Source of the DNA: Phoronis australis
Lineage: Eukaryota; Animalia; Phoronida
Length of the DNA: 64,000 nt
Direction of reading: 5' to 3'
NCBI GenBank assembly: GCA_002633005.1
Contig: NMRA01000175.1
Location: 147,432 to 211,431, forward strand
Under the pieces are notes generated by a model. The model saw nothing but the letters and a program-made list of their open reading frames with translations, did no database searches and had not been told where the DNA came from. This document shows positions 1 through 13,353 of the stretch, one piece after another. A program made the position numbers and the translations under genes. Position 1 is the stretch's first letter; the number at the start of each line of letters is the position of its first letter.

Positions 1-882
1 AAATGGGGAAGATAAAATAGTAAAAGAGTTTGAGCAATGAAGGGAATGCAGAGTTCCTATTTCATTCAACCGGCTATTCTATTGAATCCCCCTAGTCAAT
101 GGCTTTGTCTGTCAATTGCCAGAGAAACCAATGACACGCATATATATGGGGAGGCTATCTATTCTTGATTCTGGATAGGCGTCGAGTGTATTTTCATTAA
201 TTGAATTAGCCTATACAAACTGCAAGGTTAGGACCATCACACAACCGTACTTCCCTAAAAACGACGTTCACGTACGTCTCTCGATCAATGCGACCAATTA
301 CCAACCAAAGAATGGACTGCTTAAATTTTGCAGATTGGATGCAACGGACTTCGCGTTGCTGTCGTAGTACAAAACACTCAAAATGGGGCTAACCAGTATT
401 TCATTCTACACATATAGAGCAAAACAAGCTATAGGCTAATTCAGTAAGGTCATTGACTTTCTTTCCAACCCGCATCGACTTCAGTGTTGAGTTGTTTAGT
501 CGCCCTCAAAAATACCTTTATGAAACTATTTCTGTGATCTCATGTCCTCGGATGACCACACCACTTCCCTCGTTCCACCCAGTTTCCAAAAGTCCTTTAC
601 TGTTAATGCGTTTTCCTGATTGCGGGAACTGTTTACCCAGTCTGGACCCACTGTCCCTCCAAGCCTGTTGCTTCCGTTGACTTGTTTTGGCAACACTTTT
701 CTTACTCATTTTATTGATAACCGAGCCACAAGGAAAAAATTTTTTGCACTGATTCTGCCTACAACTGTGTGCTGTGATTGAAACCCACGTGATCACAGTT
801 CCATTGAAGCACTTCAATGGTTTCTTTGTTAGGTTAACCCAGCTCCACACAGTAGGGGGCCGGTGCTTTCGACACTTCAAAC

Positions 883-1192
883 TAGTCTCCCGTTCAGTAA
901 CGCTAGACCCTCGCTAAAAAGCAAGACTTCGCGAGATCACGCGAGATATTGCCATGTATTTTAAATGAGATCATGTGACTTTGGCTAGATTTTAGCTAGG
1001 TCCTAGCGTAGGTCCTAGCGTTACTGAACGCACGCCAGGCGTGCGTTCAGTAGACGCTAGGACCTACGCTAGGACCTAGCTAAAACCAAGTCAAAGTCAC
1101 GTGTTCTTATTTAAAATACACGGCAACATATCGCGTAATCTCGCGAAGTCTTGCTTTTTAGCGAGGTCCTAGCGTTACTGAACGGGAGGCAG
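883..1192. mobile_element. Palindromic (fold-back) MITE-like element
   Basis: TAGTCTCCCGTTCAGTAACGCTAG...CTAGCGTTACTGAACGGGAGGC. The whole element is an imperfect palindrome centred on CGCACGCC-A-GGCGTGCG (~1037), and the terminal motif repeats internally. Confidence 0.75.
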
Positions 1193-1786
1193 GTTTCATT
1201 GAACTCGCTCCTTTAAAGAAGAACTACGTGGAGCGTTGATTGCACCCACGACTGCAATGCAATTCCAGTAGTGTTTTTAATATCGCAAAATGGCCATTAA
1301 ACGGCACTGAATACATTGAAACTATACAAAACAAAGCGTCGTCTTCTCTCTAAGAACACTGCCCAGCAAAAGTAAATGAAAATCCGCACAGGAACTCTAA
1401 AGATGGAGACAGACGTAACTCTCTTTTTTGAGAAAAAATCCATTCGGAGGCACAACATTGATCTAATTTTTGTCGAGTTTAAAATAGGATTACACACCTC
1501 AAATTGTGACCTTGCAAGAGGTTAAGTAGATATAAAGACAGATGTCAACAAGAGGAACTCGGAGCCTTGAAATGCGCCCACGATACCTCTGAAAACGGTG
1601 TACTTCAATGAGTATTTTGTAAAATTATGAAAATGTCCATTAGATGCCGCATATTGCGTCAAACCCATCCGAATTGAAAAGGTCATCTCTTGCCATCGCA
1701 GTTGCCGTCTATCATGGGATGTATAATAAAGCACTTGGGTGCAAAGAGTTATAGCACAGATATCAGGTCCTCGGTAGCTCAGTCGA

Positions 1787-1939
1787 AGAGTGTGAGAGTG
1801 TGAGAGCGTGAGAGTGGGAAGAGAGTGGGAGGAGAGTGGGAGGAGAGTGGGAGGAGAGTGGAAGGAGAGTGGGAGGAGAATGGGAGGGGAGTGGGAGGAG
1901 AATGGGAGGAGAGTGGGAGGAGAATGGGAGGAGAGTGGG
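1787..1939 (+). repeat. Purine-rich minisatellite (GGGAGGAGAGT-type 11-mers)
   Basis: Directly visible tandem units. Confidence 0.9.
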
Positions 1940-3640
1940 TCCTAGGTAAAACAGGACCGGCAGTCTGGTGAAACGGGTCTGGAACTTCATCGGTATTTTT
2001 GACCCGGGGTTCCACACCGAGCTTCCACAGGACCTTGTCTTCTTGTCCATGTCACCACCTTCAGTTGATTGCTTTGAGACCAAAAAAAATCTTTTTGTAT
2101 TACCTCATGATAGTTTTAGGAGCATTTCAGTTGTAAGTGTACTTCATTGTGTCTGAAAGAGATGACTGTTACATTGCTAGTTATTAATGTTCTGTTTTTA
2201 CATGTACAGTGTACATACCCCATTTGATGTGCTACCTACAGCAAACGTAATGGATTGTGGGAAGTATTACCTGCGCGGATTTCCGTACATAAGATCGGAA
2301 GACAAAAAGTCGGATGTAACAATACTCAAGAACCTATACTCGGCAATGCCGAATACACGAACGCACGTATGAAACTCAAGTTCGCCCTAAATATATCCTA
2401 GTGAGAATAAGTATTTTTAGATTTCAACTAACACTTTTATTCTGAGATATGCTTCCCAGTTATATTTTTGGGAAAATCTAACATACGCAAACTGGGCACA
2501 TATTCTGCTGGTCTTATATACGGAAGTCTACGGTGGGCCTTCTTAAACCTGTACACCATGAAAATTTCATTCGAGACAGTTTTTTAAATAGTAGGTTCAA
2601 CTAATATTCCGTTCATTCATGTCTGTGCGTTCGCGTTTAAGGCGTGATCGGAACAGGTAAGTGTTGTTTTGATTTTTGTTTGCTGTTTCCATATTTCATT
2701 CTGTAATATTTTCCCTCTTCAGATAGTTCTTTCAACGGTGGACAATAGTTTTCTGATAGACTGTTAAACTTTAACAACGTTCCTGTAAACATAACGAGGT
2801 TTGAGTAAACTCGCGCTGTCGATACTTAAAATTTTAGCAGAAGTGTATGACTTCCATCAGCAGAGAACTGTGGTCCATAACTGTAGCGAATATATGACGA
2901 AATGAAATGAAAACAATCAATATAGATGGAATTGTAATTGGTTAAGTATATATTAAGTAACAAGTGTTAAATTAAGAATATAGATAGAAGGGCTCTTGCC
3001 AGTTTCACGCCATTTATGAGTTCACGGCGTCTCAGTGATTTCGTTTTTCTTTTCAGGTCGTCAGTAGTCGATTCTCCGAACAGTCGTGATCTGCCGGGAA
3101 CCTATTGTATCAACGTGTGCAACCACGGTCTCGGGGGGACACCTGGATGACACCCGAAGAATTAGTGGGACTAAATCGACATTGGTGTGCAGCAGGAGGC
3201 CGGGTGAGGGGGGCGGGGTGCGCAAAGTAGTAGTGACTGGGGGAGAACTGCGCGAAATTGGTGGCAACAGTGAGACAGCGATCAAATGAAACGGCATCGT
3301 AATCATCTGTCCAGGTTACAATAGCCCAAGCTACCTGATTGAATGGTTATCAGTTTATATCATCTACAAGCAGATTTCGTGAGAATTTTCGCTGTCAGCA
3401 GCTAAGCTTGAGGTTAAAAACGTAAGCAAACGCAAATCTGTTAGGACATCTCTATTTCATGACGACACGCCAGTGTGTCGCCGGTCTTCACACAATGATA
3501 GACGTTTCAAAGGCTGCCGAACAGAAACGTTTCAATTATGAAAACGAGTGGGTGAATTTGATGTTGTAGGATTTGAAATTGCATTCGCTTTCTAGACCGC
3601 GCCATTTTGTATATAGTAAATTGATCGTGTCTTTAGCTAC

Positions 3641-3865
3641 GCAGTAGGCCTACTGTAGGAATCGACACATCCCGTAGTTTGGATCGTTTGCAGTAGGCCC
3701 ACTGTAGGAATCGACACATCCCGTAGTTTGGATCGTTTGCAGTAGGCCTATTGTAGGAATCGACACATCCCGTAGTTTGGATCGTTTGCAGCAGGCCTAC
3801 TGTTGGAATCGACACATCCCGTAGTTTGGATCGTTTGCAGTAGGCCTACTGAAGGAATCGACACA
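3641..3865 (+). repeat. 49-bp minisatellite, ~4.5 copies
   Basis: GCAGTAGGCCTACTGTAGGAATCGACACATCCCGTAGTTTGGATCGTTT starting at 3641, 3690, 3739, 3788 and 3837 (partial). No spacers. Confidence 0.95.
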
Positions 3866-4871
3866 GAAACTCCTCATTTTGCTAACATGATTGTCTTTGT
3901 AATCTATTCTGGATAATTGTTCATTCGTTTTCATGTTATAACTGTGCTTTCAGTTGAAAGGGAAATAATCGTGTCAGAGTTTATTTGAGTTTCGTTTAGT
4001 ATCTAGCAGACAATGCACGGATACCTTTAACAAATTTAAATATATTCTCTGTTCTCGTCATTGTTTATCAGTTTCATCATGATTGCAGTCGGTCCCACAT
4101 CCATTACGGTTACGTTTAACGCAAAATTCGTTAAAATTGGGAAAGAGAATTTTTTAACCAAACGTACTGTGACAAGTCTTAATAGTCAACAAGAAGCCCT
4201 TTTTGCTTCGGCAACGCTAGTCCGATATTCTTTTTTCAATGTAATTCACAACTCAAGGTTTGAGTGACACGAATGCGCTCAGGAGGCTTGAATTTTTAAG
4301 TGTACAGATTTATGACGCTTTTCTCGTTCGCAACTTACGAAAATATGTATCTATTTCTGGTGGACAAATCGATTCTTTACATCATGCTCATGCCGACTTC
4401 TGAAATTTTTTAAAGGATATAGCTCACCAAATTTTGACAAGAGGAATATGGCACATTTTAGGTCCGCCAAATTCGACAGAAGATTGCGCAACTTTACCGT
4501 ATGTTCTGTAGATTTGCGGATTATTTAGTCTTGTCACCGTAAATAAGTGTACAGCGAGGAAACCTTTTTTGGTACGTGTCTTGCGTCTAGGTAACACCCC
4601 CTTTTGAAGCGAACAGAAATGTGTGAATAGAGCTAGACGTACCAATAGGAAAGCGTAATCTGTGTGCAACACTGCTTCCCAAGGTCCATATTGATTACGC
4701 GGATTCATACGTCAGACTTCACAGCCAGGGATACATGATCACAACCACACTGACTGTGGAGAATTTGTTGCTGTAGTAGGCTGGCAGGCTCGTCATCATA
4801 GGTGGATGACAACGGGGGTCCTGCAATTTTTTAAAAAACCTAATATGTTTTTTCTATAATTAAAAGGTCAT

Positions 4872-4952
4872 CTCTGTCGTGACGTGACTTGAACCCGGGA
4901 TTTTATGGTAATTGTTCAGATGTTCTAGTCCTCTAAGTTACAGAAACCACCG
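4872..4952 (-). repeat. Degenerate tRNA-derived SINE head (paralogs ~24000-24080 and partial ~62140-62180)
   Basis: Minus strand GGTTTCTGTAACTTAGAGGACTAGAACATCTG...CCCGGGTTCAAGTCACG gives A-box-like and B-box-like motifs at tRNA spacing. No intact cloverleaf. Confidence 0.4.
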
Positions 4953-5010
4953 GTCTAATGCAGAAATCCAATCACACTTACATTAGGCATCTTATCCAAG
5001 CTGTAGAGTG

Positions 5011-5028
5011 CACCCACACACACACACG

Positions 5029-5060
<32 letters not shown>

Positions 5061-5085
5061 CACACACACACACACGCAGCACACA
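5011..5085 (+). repeat. (CA)n microsatellite
   Basis: Directly visible. Confidence 0.95.
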
Positions 5086-7984
5086 TATAATTTTGTCCAA
5101 CAGATGGCGTGTAAGAAGAGTATTAACTCTTAATTATAGCAGACCAAGGGTGCAATTTCTTACATTTCAATGACATACATATTATAGCAGATGACACAAT
5201 AATAAAAATTTTTGGAAAGATGAACAATAAAAAGCGTCACATGATCGGACAGAGAAAGAGAATGGGAGGAGATTGAGGCATTGTACAGAGCTACTTACAG
5301 CATGCTGCCACCAGGATAACAAACCCTAACCCCAGGTGGCAAGGTTTGAGGTGCAGACGTTTACCCAAATGCTGGAGCAGCTGCCATATGTTCGCTCACT
5401 AGGACCATAGATAAGGCTTAAAGGTAACACGGAGGCATATGAATAGAGCGAAAGTAGGTAGTAATAGTGAGACAGAGTAAATGGATAAGAATTATGCTGG
5501 GGTAGAATCTTATAAACATCGCTGACTACCAAAAGAGAGAAAAGGAGATAAATTATATTTACAATGTGGATACTTATAAATCAGGGGCCTGTTCCACGAG
5601 AACTGACTTGTCTAAGACAATTTTTTTAATTTCAGTCACTTTTAAGATAAACCTTAAACTTGTCTCAAAACCGTTTCAAGAAACAAATCTTAAGCTTGGC
5701 TTATGTTTTGTCTAAAGTTTGTTTATCTTTTCGGATGTGGAATTTTCAAAGTTGGGATGTTTGGACAAATCTTAGACATCAGTCAAAATGAACTTAAGCC
5801 AGTTTCTTGGAACGGATACCAGAGGTGGAAGCAATAGCGGCACCGTTGAGGATTGTGCAGTAGTTGAGTGAGGGAGGTATAAGAAACATCGAGTGACACC
5901 TGGAGAGGGGAAGTGAGAAAGGGTGACTGATACGGACAACAGATGACAGGGAGTGACAAGCTGGTGGATGATGATCACGGAAGAACAAACCAGCCAATAC
6001 TGACACCAGTGGAGGTGAGACGGGACGGATTGGGAAATGATGAGTTGGTGGTGAAGAACGGTTTTGCAGTGAGGGGAAAATGGACAAACGCATGAAGATT
6101 TTGATTGCATCCGCTGGGCTTCCAGCTGCTCGCGCGTTCCACGACAGTGTCCCGACCTGATTCTAAACAAGACATTAAATATAATAAAAAGACAGATGAC
6201 AAATCATTGAATATCCAGATCTTTGACTTCCCTGTGTCAGTGATGGAAGCGTATGTTTACAAGTTTTCTCTAAGTTGTAACAGAACAACGGGCACAAAAA
6301 CAAAGATGTCCGACTGACTGGTGGACCTTAGCAATCATGGTCCAGATTGCACGTGGACAATCAGCTGAGGTGCCATACTTGACCAACTGGAAATTATGTG
6401 GTATCTTAACTTATCTTGTGGTCTTTCAAACATAATACTCATCAATCGAACCACTTGCGAAATGGGGGGTAGACACGCAATAAAACTAGTCAAAATAAAA
6501 TTTTGAAGAAGGACGACTCGAAGTAAACTGACAAACAGAAAATCGCACCTTTGGCACAAATTTCGACGTTAGGGTAAGATTTATAAAATGTAAGCTGAAA
6601 ACACAGATAAAGTAAATGATTTTTATTATTAACCGTTCAGAGTCTCTATGGCGACAACCGGTTACAGAAATTCGATCTGCCCTACCCGAACTTGTTACCG
6701 CATACACATGATTGGCGTCTAAGAAGACTAATAATTCTTACTTATACCACATCAACGTGCTGATTTATCACAACACAGTTATATAGATCAATTATTATGA
6801 CAGCTAAATAATAGCATTTTTAGAAAAATGAACAATAAAAGGACACCATGATGGCACGGAGAAAGAGTATGGGAGGAGATTGGGGCAGTGTGCAGAGCTA
6901 CTTACTGTATGCTGCCACCAGGATACCAAACCCTAACCCCAGGTGGCAAGCTCAAAGGGGAGGTATCTTTACTCAAATGTTGGAAAAGCTGCCAGGTGTT
7001 CGCTCTCTTTTGTGTCGTGGTGATAATAGCTAGGAGTAACAAAGGCAAGGCTGATCAAAAACTGAAAGTAAATGGTGCAATAACAAGAAAAGTAACAAAA
7101 TTTCTAACAGAGAATATATATAGCTTCGGTAGAAAGCGGCTAACAAAAGAAAGAAAATTGCAGATGATCTAATTGTATATACAATATGTTTATATATAAA
7201 TGAAGAGGAAGAGGTGCAGGCAAGACTGATACCAGTGATGTGTTTGGTAGTTAACTAAGGGGGTGCAGGCAATACTGAAACCTGGAGAGAAGAGGGGATA
7301 AAGTGCAAGCATAGCTGCATGTGAACCATTAGGGAAGGAGAATGTCAATGAATCAATTTCTCAATAAGCAAACATTTTCACACCCTGTCGAACGGAGACG
7401 AAACGAGACAGGTTTCCTAGACATTTATCGTCGATTGGTTCAATATTGTTAGACGACGCATGCAAGATTTCGAAGTAGTCTTCAGTAGCATAAAAAAGTT
7501 CAAATGATAAAATATTTCCTGACGCCACACAAAGGCCAAAAGCCAATCCTGGACGTCAAATCTCACACGAAACAAATATTTCGTGATGACCAGTGTGATA
7601 AGTTGGAAATCTGTCAGATTCTAAAATGTCTTAAAGAATGATTAGGCGTGACAAGAATAAGTGTAATATCCATCAATTTGGGGTGTTACATAATCATTCT
7701 CCACAGTGTATGAGGATGCAGGGGTATTGTCGAACGTGGTTCACCACAATGTCCATATATGCAAATGACACACTTGATTCCTTAATACTAACATTAGAGA
7801 AGCTCAAAACAGAGATGTTTTTAGTAAGTATTGTTACTGTAACACTCCTTATTGAGTTGCCACAACTTTTTACATTTTAGACATTTTACGACCTGTGCTC
7901 AAAGAAAATACTAATTTATATTGGTCTGAAGTGTTTTATTATTTTGGGACAATTTTGTGATTAAGAATCGAGGAATTTCAGCAT

Positions 7985-8780
7985 CAGCCATTTGGCATAA
8001 TAAACAGAACAACAGTCTATTATGAAAGGGGGTATGAAAAAGGAATTATGCATTTTGTTTATGAATCAGTTTGTAATAGGTTTGATTTCTCTCCACCCTT
8101 AACTAATTTTCATGTTCACCTGTGCGTCGGTTTTTATCAAAGATTCCAGAAATACGAAATTCACTATATGGCTTCCAAACTTCCCCAAAGTGTTAGAACG
8201 TTTGAGAACAAAGTGATATTCCCACTTAATGAACTGAAGTGGGAACCGCAGGTCAACGATACTGATGCACCCATATGGTGGAGAGGGGGGCATACCTTTC
8301 CCTTTATTGTGAATCCAGATAAGTTTCTTTCATGCATTTGTAGCCATAAATGCATTTCTCGTCAAAATTGTTGTCAAGCAATCATATTTCTTGACATTTT
8401 GTAACACAAAGGCACAAAAAACATGACCCATCCCTGTTGGGATTGTATTGCGACCATTAATGTATGGTCTGCAGTTAGTCATTGGTTACTTGCTAAAACA
8501 CAATCTTTACTTAATCTTTCGTCTACAGACGTTGTCTTTGGCAAATTACACAAAACTTGCCGGAATACAATTAATTTACTCATCTGTCTGGAAAAATATC
8601 ACATCTACCGCCAAAGGCTCAGAAATGCTTCTCCCTCAATCGCAAATTTCAAGAAGGATGTGTTTAAGTATATTCAACATTCCAAAATATCTCTATTTCA
8701 GAGATTGCAAATATGAAATATTTAACAACCGATGGTCCTCTCTGATTCTTGTTTTCTTGAAAACACACGGGTTATAATTT
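7985..8780 (+). mobile_element. Highly decayed L1/Tx1-like ORF2 C-terminal remnant (paralog at ~37570-38390)
   Basis: Frame-broken PIWHN..VYYERGYEKGI and ATNAFLVKI....TFC.....MTH..WDC.....W (zf-RVT-like). Confidence 0.5.
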
Positions 8781-8869
8781 TGTTGTGAGGTCTCGAAATG
8801 GGCGCGCGTGGGTGCGGTGTCTGTGTGTGGCCTTTGTTTATTGTACATTGCTTTTGTGTTTTCAATAAA

Positions 8870-9480
8870 TGTAAAAAATTCTGTTAATGCTAGTCTGTTA
8901 TGTAACGTCTTTAATAAACTCTTTGACAATGGCCATTTTCCGAGCCGTGCCTATAGGGCACCATCATTCCGTCGTTATAAGAAGGAAATGCAGGCAGGGC
9001 AAAGAACTATAAAAGAACAATTTCGTTGTATAATTTGTAAAATAATGTCAGAACTGTAAACAAAAATAACAAATGATAGACGAAAAAATTGTGAAAAGAG
9101 ATCAACAATCAATCAGAAGCTTAACTGGTTTCAGCCAATAATATTCTTGTTTTCAATACATTTGTGTGGTCACCTCTAACGAAAATGTAAGAAGAATTTA
9201 TGTCTGCATGTTGATTTTAGCAAAACCTTCGACTGCATGAATAGAAATCATTTTCAACAAAACTGACCGCAGGAAATGTGAGTTTAAGTTGTTAAACATG
9301 CTGGGGAATATCGATAAGTGCGTGCCAAGACCATCAATCAAAATGGTCTTAAAATGTTTTTCGTGTAAAGTTGAAAACTGGGGGGACAAGGCTTTAAATG
9401 ATCACCTTGTATAATTTTTGATCAGTGGCTCAGAAGATTTCCTGAAACAGTAACCAAGTGGTGTTTACGCGTTAAACGTC
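8870..9480 (+). mobile_element. Decayed LINE RT N-terminal remnant (paralog at ~38500-39100)
   Basis: LLCNVFNKLFDNGHFP...IIP.YKKG....NY...VDFSKTFD in broken frames. Confidence 0.5.
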
Positions 9481-12369
9481 CAACATGACATACTTAGGAA
9501 TCGTTCTTTATTTCTTCTTGGTCGCGCTAAAATGTCGCACCATCTAAATTAAGGTTATCTCCAACCAAAAAAATGGTCATTTTACAATATTTCACATGTG
9601 TCTAGTAAAATACCTTATCTTCATTCTCGGGGAACTCCGAATACAAAGTATATACGGCGTAGCGAGAAAAAAAAGCACCTTGGAACCGCACAACCGCCTG
9701 GATACTTGTTTACTACTTATCCGAGGTCAAAGGTTAAAGGGCTTTCAATCAGATCCAATTTCCCGCCAGGTACAGAAAAGCTTCGTATACCCTCAGTCCT
9801 TTCATTCTCAAAATCGAAATAACATTGAGTAAACGAAGTGTACTTATGGTAGAATGGTGCCGGGGAAAACAAAACAAAACGTAATTTTCATCCTAAGGGA
9901 GTTGTGCGTCTACATGCACATACGACCGTTGGCGTTGAGAACGAATGCAACGGTCGCCTCACGCCTCAGTGGTCATGAACACAGCAAATTGTGAAAAGAG
10001 ATAAAACCTCACCCTTATTCCTTCATTCAATTAATGAATTGACATTTCAATGTTTCGATTTCATGCTAACGACAATGCTTTAACCACCGATTCGATTTTT
10101 GTTATCCATTTCTTACTTGGTTTCGTATCAGTCTCCCAACACGTGACGTGTACAGGCTAGGTGTATAACAATGAACTGTGACTTGTTTAAATAAAAGTAG
10201 GTCAAAGGTCGCAAACAACGGTAAGAGTTAGCTGGGAAAAAACCACGTTTTAATGATAATTAAGTTAATTACGCACTGCAAAATCAGTTGACATTGCGAG
10301 TGAATGTTGAAATAGCTAACATATTTAAGGTTTGTATAGGTTATGTGTACCGAAAACAAGTTTTCACCGAATAATTAACAGAAGCCTTTGAGATTTTCAC
10401 TTGTCCCAGTTAAATCAGCTTTTTCTCGGCTTTAGCAAATCGACTTTATTTGAACTTAGGAACACGAGTTTTCGAAAACGGCTCGCTGGATTTCGCTGAA
10501 ACTTTCCAAATTTCAAGATCCGAAACGAAATGCAATATCCAGTTAGCTACGCAATAAGAACGGGTTTCACCAGATCACTGCTTTGATTCGTTAATTAGAG
10601 ATGAACGAATTCACAAAACTTATTTGAGTGAGGTATCACTACAACTCGAGTGTGTTGCAACCAAATATATAAGTTGAACTAACGGAAAGAGTGAGTTGAG
10701 TTTTGCGCATGTCAGTTGTGTAATAAAGATAATAGGCCTATCGTCCAAAAGACACCACTTTATCATTGCGTGCGTTAAATTATTGATACCAGCTTTAAAT
10801 ATCCGAGTAGGGTAAGGTATTGACAGCGTAAACTGAAGTCAATAAGTACATTGAAATATCTTATAGAGTCAGGCGTTTTAACACCTCATAAAAATAATGT
10901 GCAACTGAAAATATAATTTCAATTTTCTTAGTTCACTGAATACATTGCAATTGAGAAGAAGATGGTATTTGTCCTCTATACAATTGAGTCAGAGATACAG
11001 CATTAACGCAGACGAGCCTTCTCTTTCAGGTTAAAGTTCGCAGACATAGCGTGCTTCGTGAGTACAAGATTTTTTTTCAGTGGTTTGGTTACCAGAATTG
11101 AAAGCGAAGCAGTCCGTGGAATCTGAAACAGACAACGCGACACGGAAGAAGTCTGTGAAAAAGTGTCGTTCAATACAGAGTTAGGATATCGAACTTCTGC
11201 AAGGAATGAAGTGCAAACTAATCTGCAAACCAACGCTTAAACTGCTTAGGAGATGAATATTTGCTAAGTGTAAACTAGTTTCTACTCGCTTCCCAAGACA
11301 TACATAAATCGAAGTTAGAATAGCCATGAATGATTCGAAACGAAACTGTGGGAGTGCACAGCCACAACCGAAATTTTAGCATGAGCAGTAAAAAGATCAA
11401 TGTTGATGATATTGGCAATAATAAGTGTTGTGTCTCACAATACTACAGCCGAAAAATACTGCACTTGCTTTAATTATCAAAGTTATTTATCATCTTTTAT
11501 TGAGAAAAAATTAATACAAAAGTAATCTGACAAAATTTCGTTTCTATGACGGCTCATTCTGTTAACACCTAAAAGACCGGTACTAACTATTAAGGTGGCG
11601 AAATTTTAATTACGTAATAGGTTAGCCACTGCAATAACTTTCTTGTTAATTTCTCTTCATTCTCGGCCGTGAGGGGGAGGGGGCTGCTATGACTAAGAAT
11701 TGGGCTTCCACCCAGCCAAAAATTCCTGGTCATTTCGTCTAAATACTTTTGGCATGCACTGCGGCTCGTTGTTGAGGAAACAGGAACTGAGCGGACAAAA
11801 ATCGTGAAAACCTATAGTACTCTGCAGAATACCACTGATCGGCTGTAGGTTGGCTGTGTTTGAACAGTTGTCTGAATAACGCCGCGTTTCATCGTTAAAT
11901 ATGTTGCGTAATACCAGGAAGAGATAACCAGGTTTTGTTTATCTCTTCCTGGTAATACCGTAACTAGAGAGCACAACAGCATTATACCGACAACAAAAAC
12001 GACGCTAATGTTGAAAATCACAAATTAGCCTCCATTATATTCAATGACAGAAATAGTTTAATATACTAAGTTGCATTTTAGCCTAAAAAACCGAACTATT
12101 ACCGCTCGGTATAGTCCTAACCAAGCAAAGAAACTGAAGACGTTGACAAGATTGGTAAGAAAGGATACGTTAACTGTTCTCGTCACCTCGGCTGTGGTGC
12201 TTTTGATCGCGCGTCTTCCAGCTCGTATTACTATGTACTTCTATTGTATTTTTTAAATTGATTCTTAGCCACAACATAGAAATGAACGGTTGTCACGTTG
12301 TTGGGATTTGCTTTCCGAGTCTGAGAACGTAGTTAGGTAGTGTCATGTGAAGGGCTCTCTTCGTTTCTA

Positions 12370-12905
12370 TTATGCGGGAAATAACTCAGATAGACCATAG
12401 GCCAAAGTCTTACCAACAACGCTCCAGACTTCAACGTCGTTCCATTGAATCGAAACTCCACAGTTGATAGCAGTATTGTACGAGGAATGTTTGCATGAGC
12501 CGGTCCTTCCATCAGAAAAGAGGGACAAGTCGGGACCCTTTCCAAAGGATGGACCAGATCCCACGTGATCGTACATCGCATATAATGCATTCTCGACGTT
12601 GTACCTGACCGAACTGCATCCTTGCACACACAGTTTAAACAGGAATGCGTTGGTATCTCGTAGGTAACTGCCACTACTTCCCCAGGAGGCCGAGGCATAA
12701 CCACCGTAGACGGTTCCAGTCACCATCTCTTTCCCAAAAGAAATGGTTGGGCCCTTGTTGTCGCATTTCTCGTGAAAATATGCACCAAACATACCGTCAC
12801 GGTTTCCCTTGAACAGGAGCTTGAATGCTTTTCCCGGGAACCATTTTATCAACTGCTCTACCTGATCTGTAGTCAGCAGACTTGAATTCAGAACACTCCT
12901 CGCAT
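12370..12905 (-). CDS. Gene 1, coding exon 2: TLDc domain (spliced protein ~338 aa)
   Basis: Acceptor TTTTAG| at 12906/12905. G+AT gives Asp in frame, reading DARSVLNSSLL...W...FKLLFKGNRDG...FHEKCDNKGPT...GTVYGGYAS.SW...D.NAFLFKL...GPSFG.G.DL...DVEVW. These are canonical TLDc motifs. Stop at 12370-12372. Confidence 0.88.
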
Positions 12906-13353
12906 CTAAAATTCAAACGTATCATACAGTGAAGCTCAACAGTCCAATTGTCTACGCTGGAATTAAAACCAAACTACAGAAAAGCCAGTACAAGTAATGC
13001 TTTATTACAGGAACAGTGACAAGGTATAAAGAGAAATCTGGGTGTAATTTATTCACTAACAACGTGAACTTAACTGAAAATGACTCTATCTGGTAACGAT
13101 GAACAGTTACATGCTCTGATTCGAAGCCTATAATTAAGATATTTAAATCACACGTAATGACACCATCAAATAACAACAACTAACGGTGAACGGTAAGATA
13201 TTTTATGCAACACGTAATCTTTTTAGTAACAAATTAATAGATAAATGAAAAATCACAAATGTTATAAAACATTTGATAGTCATGCATCTTATAGACTCAA
13301 TAATTCAGTTGTTTAAAAATGCTGATGTTTATTTTGCAATAGGCCTGACTTAC

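Larger units (their letters stand above)
1937..6430 (+). repeat. Segmental repeat block, copy A (paralogs ~20148-24950 and ~58930-63830)
   Basis: Collinear shared anchors, e.g. AACAGGACC(G/T)GCAGT, TTGTCCATGTCACCAC, TTTTAGCAGAAGTGTA, ACAATAGCCCAAGCTACCTGATTG, CTGACTGTGGAGAAT, CAAACCCTAACCCCAGGTGGCAAG. Confidence 0.9.

Noticed and set aside
518-880. 120-aa minus-strand ORF
   Set aside because: No recognisable domain or splice support, a non-ATG start, and it abuts a MITE.
3641-3865. CRISPR-like array
   Set aside because: The units are contiguous with no unique spacers, the context is eukaryotic, and there are no cas genes.
4424-4708. ORF conserved with 61398-61643 (MNPRNQYGPWEAVLHTDYAF)
   Set aside because: The similarity is explained by recent segmental duplication. 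The frame diverges at the C-terminus, is disrupted in copy B, and no domain is recognisable.
4872-4952. Functional tRNA gene
   Set aside because: Only degenerate A/B boxes are present, with no convincing acceptor or anticodon stems. Treated as a SINE remnant.
11812-12256. Hydrophobic short ORFs resembling GPCR transmembrane segments
   Set aside because: They are short, and the paralogous region (~47700-48110) has stops and no conserved frame. No diagnostic motif.
12425-12470. WND motif at the end of gene 1 as the missing C-type lectin Ca2+ strand
   Set aside because: It sits in the TLDc terminal strand (DVEVW), is WSD in gene 2, and lacks the following CTLD cysteines. Probably coincidence.
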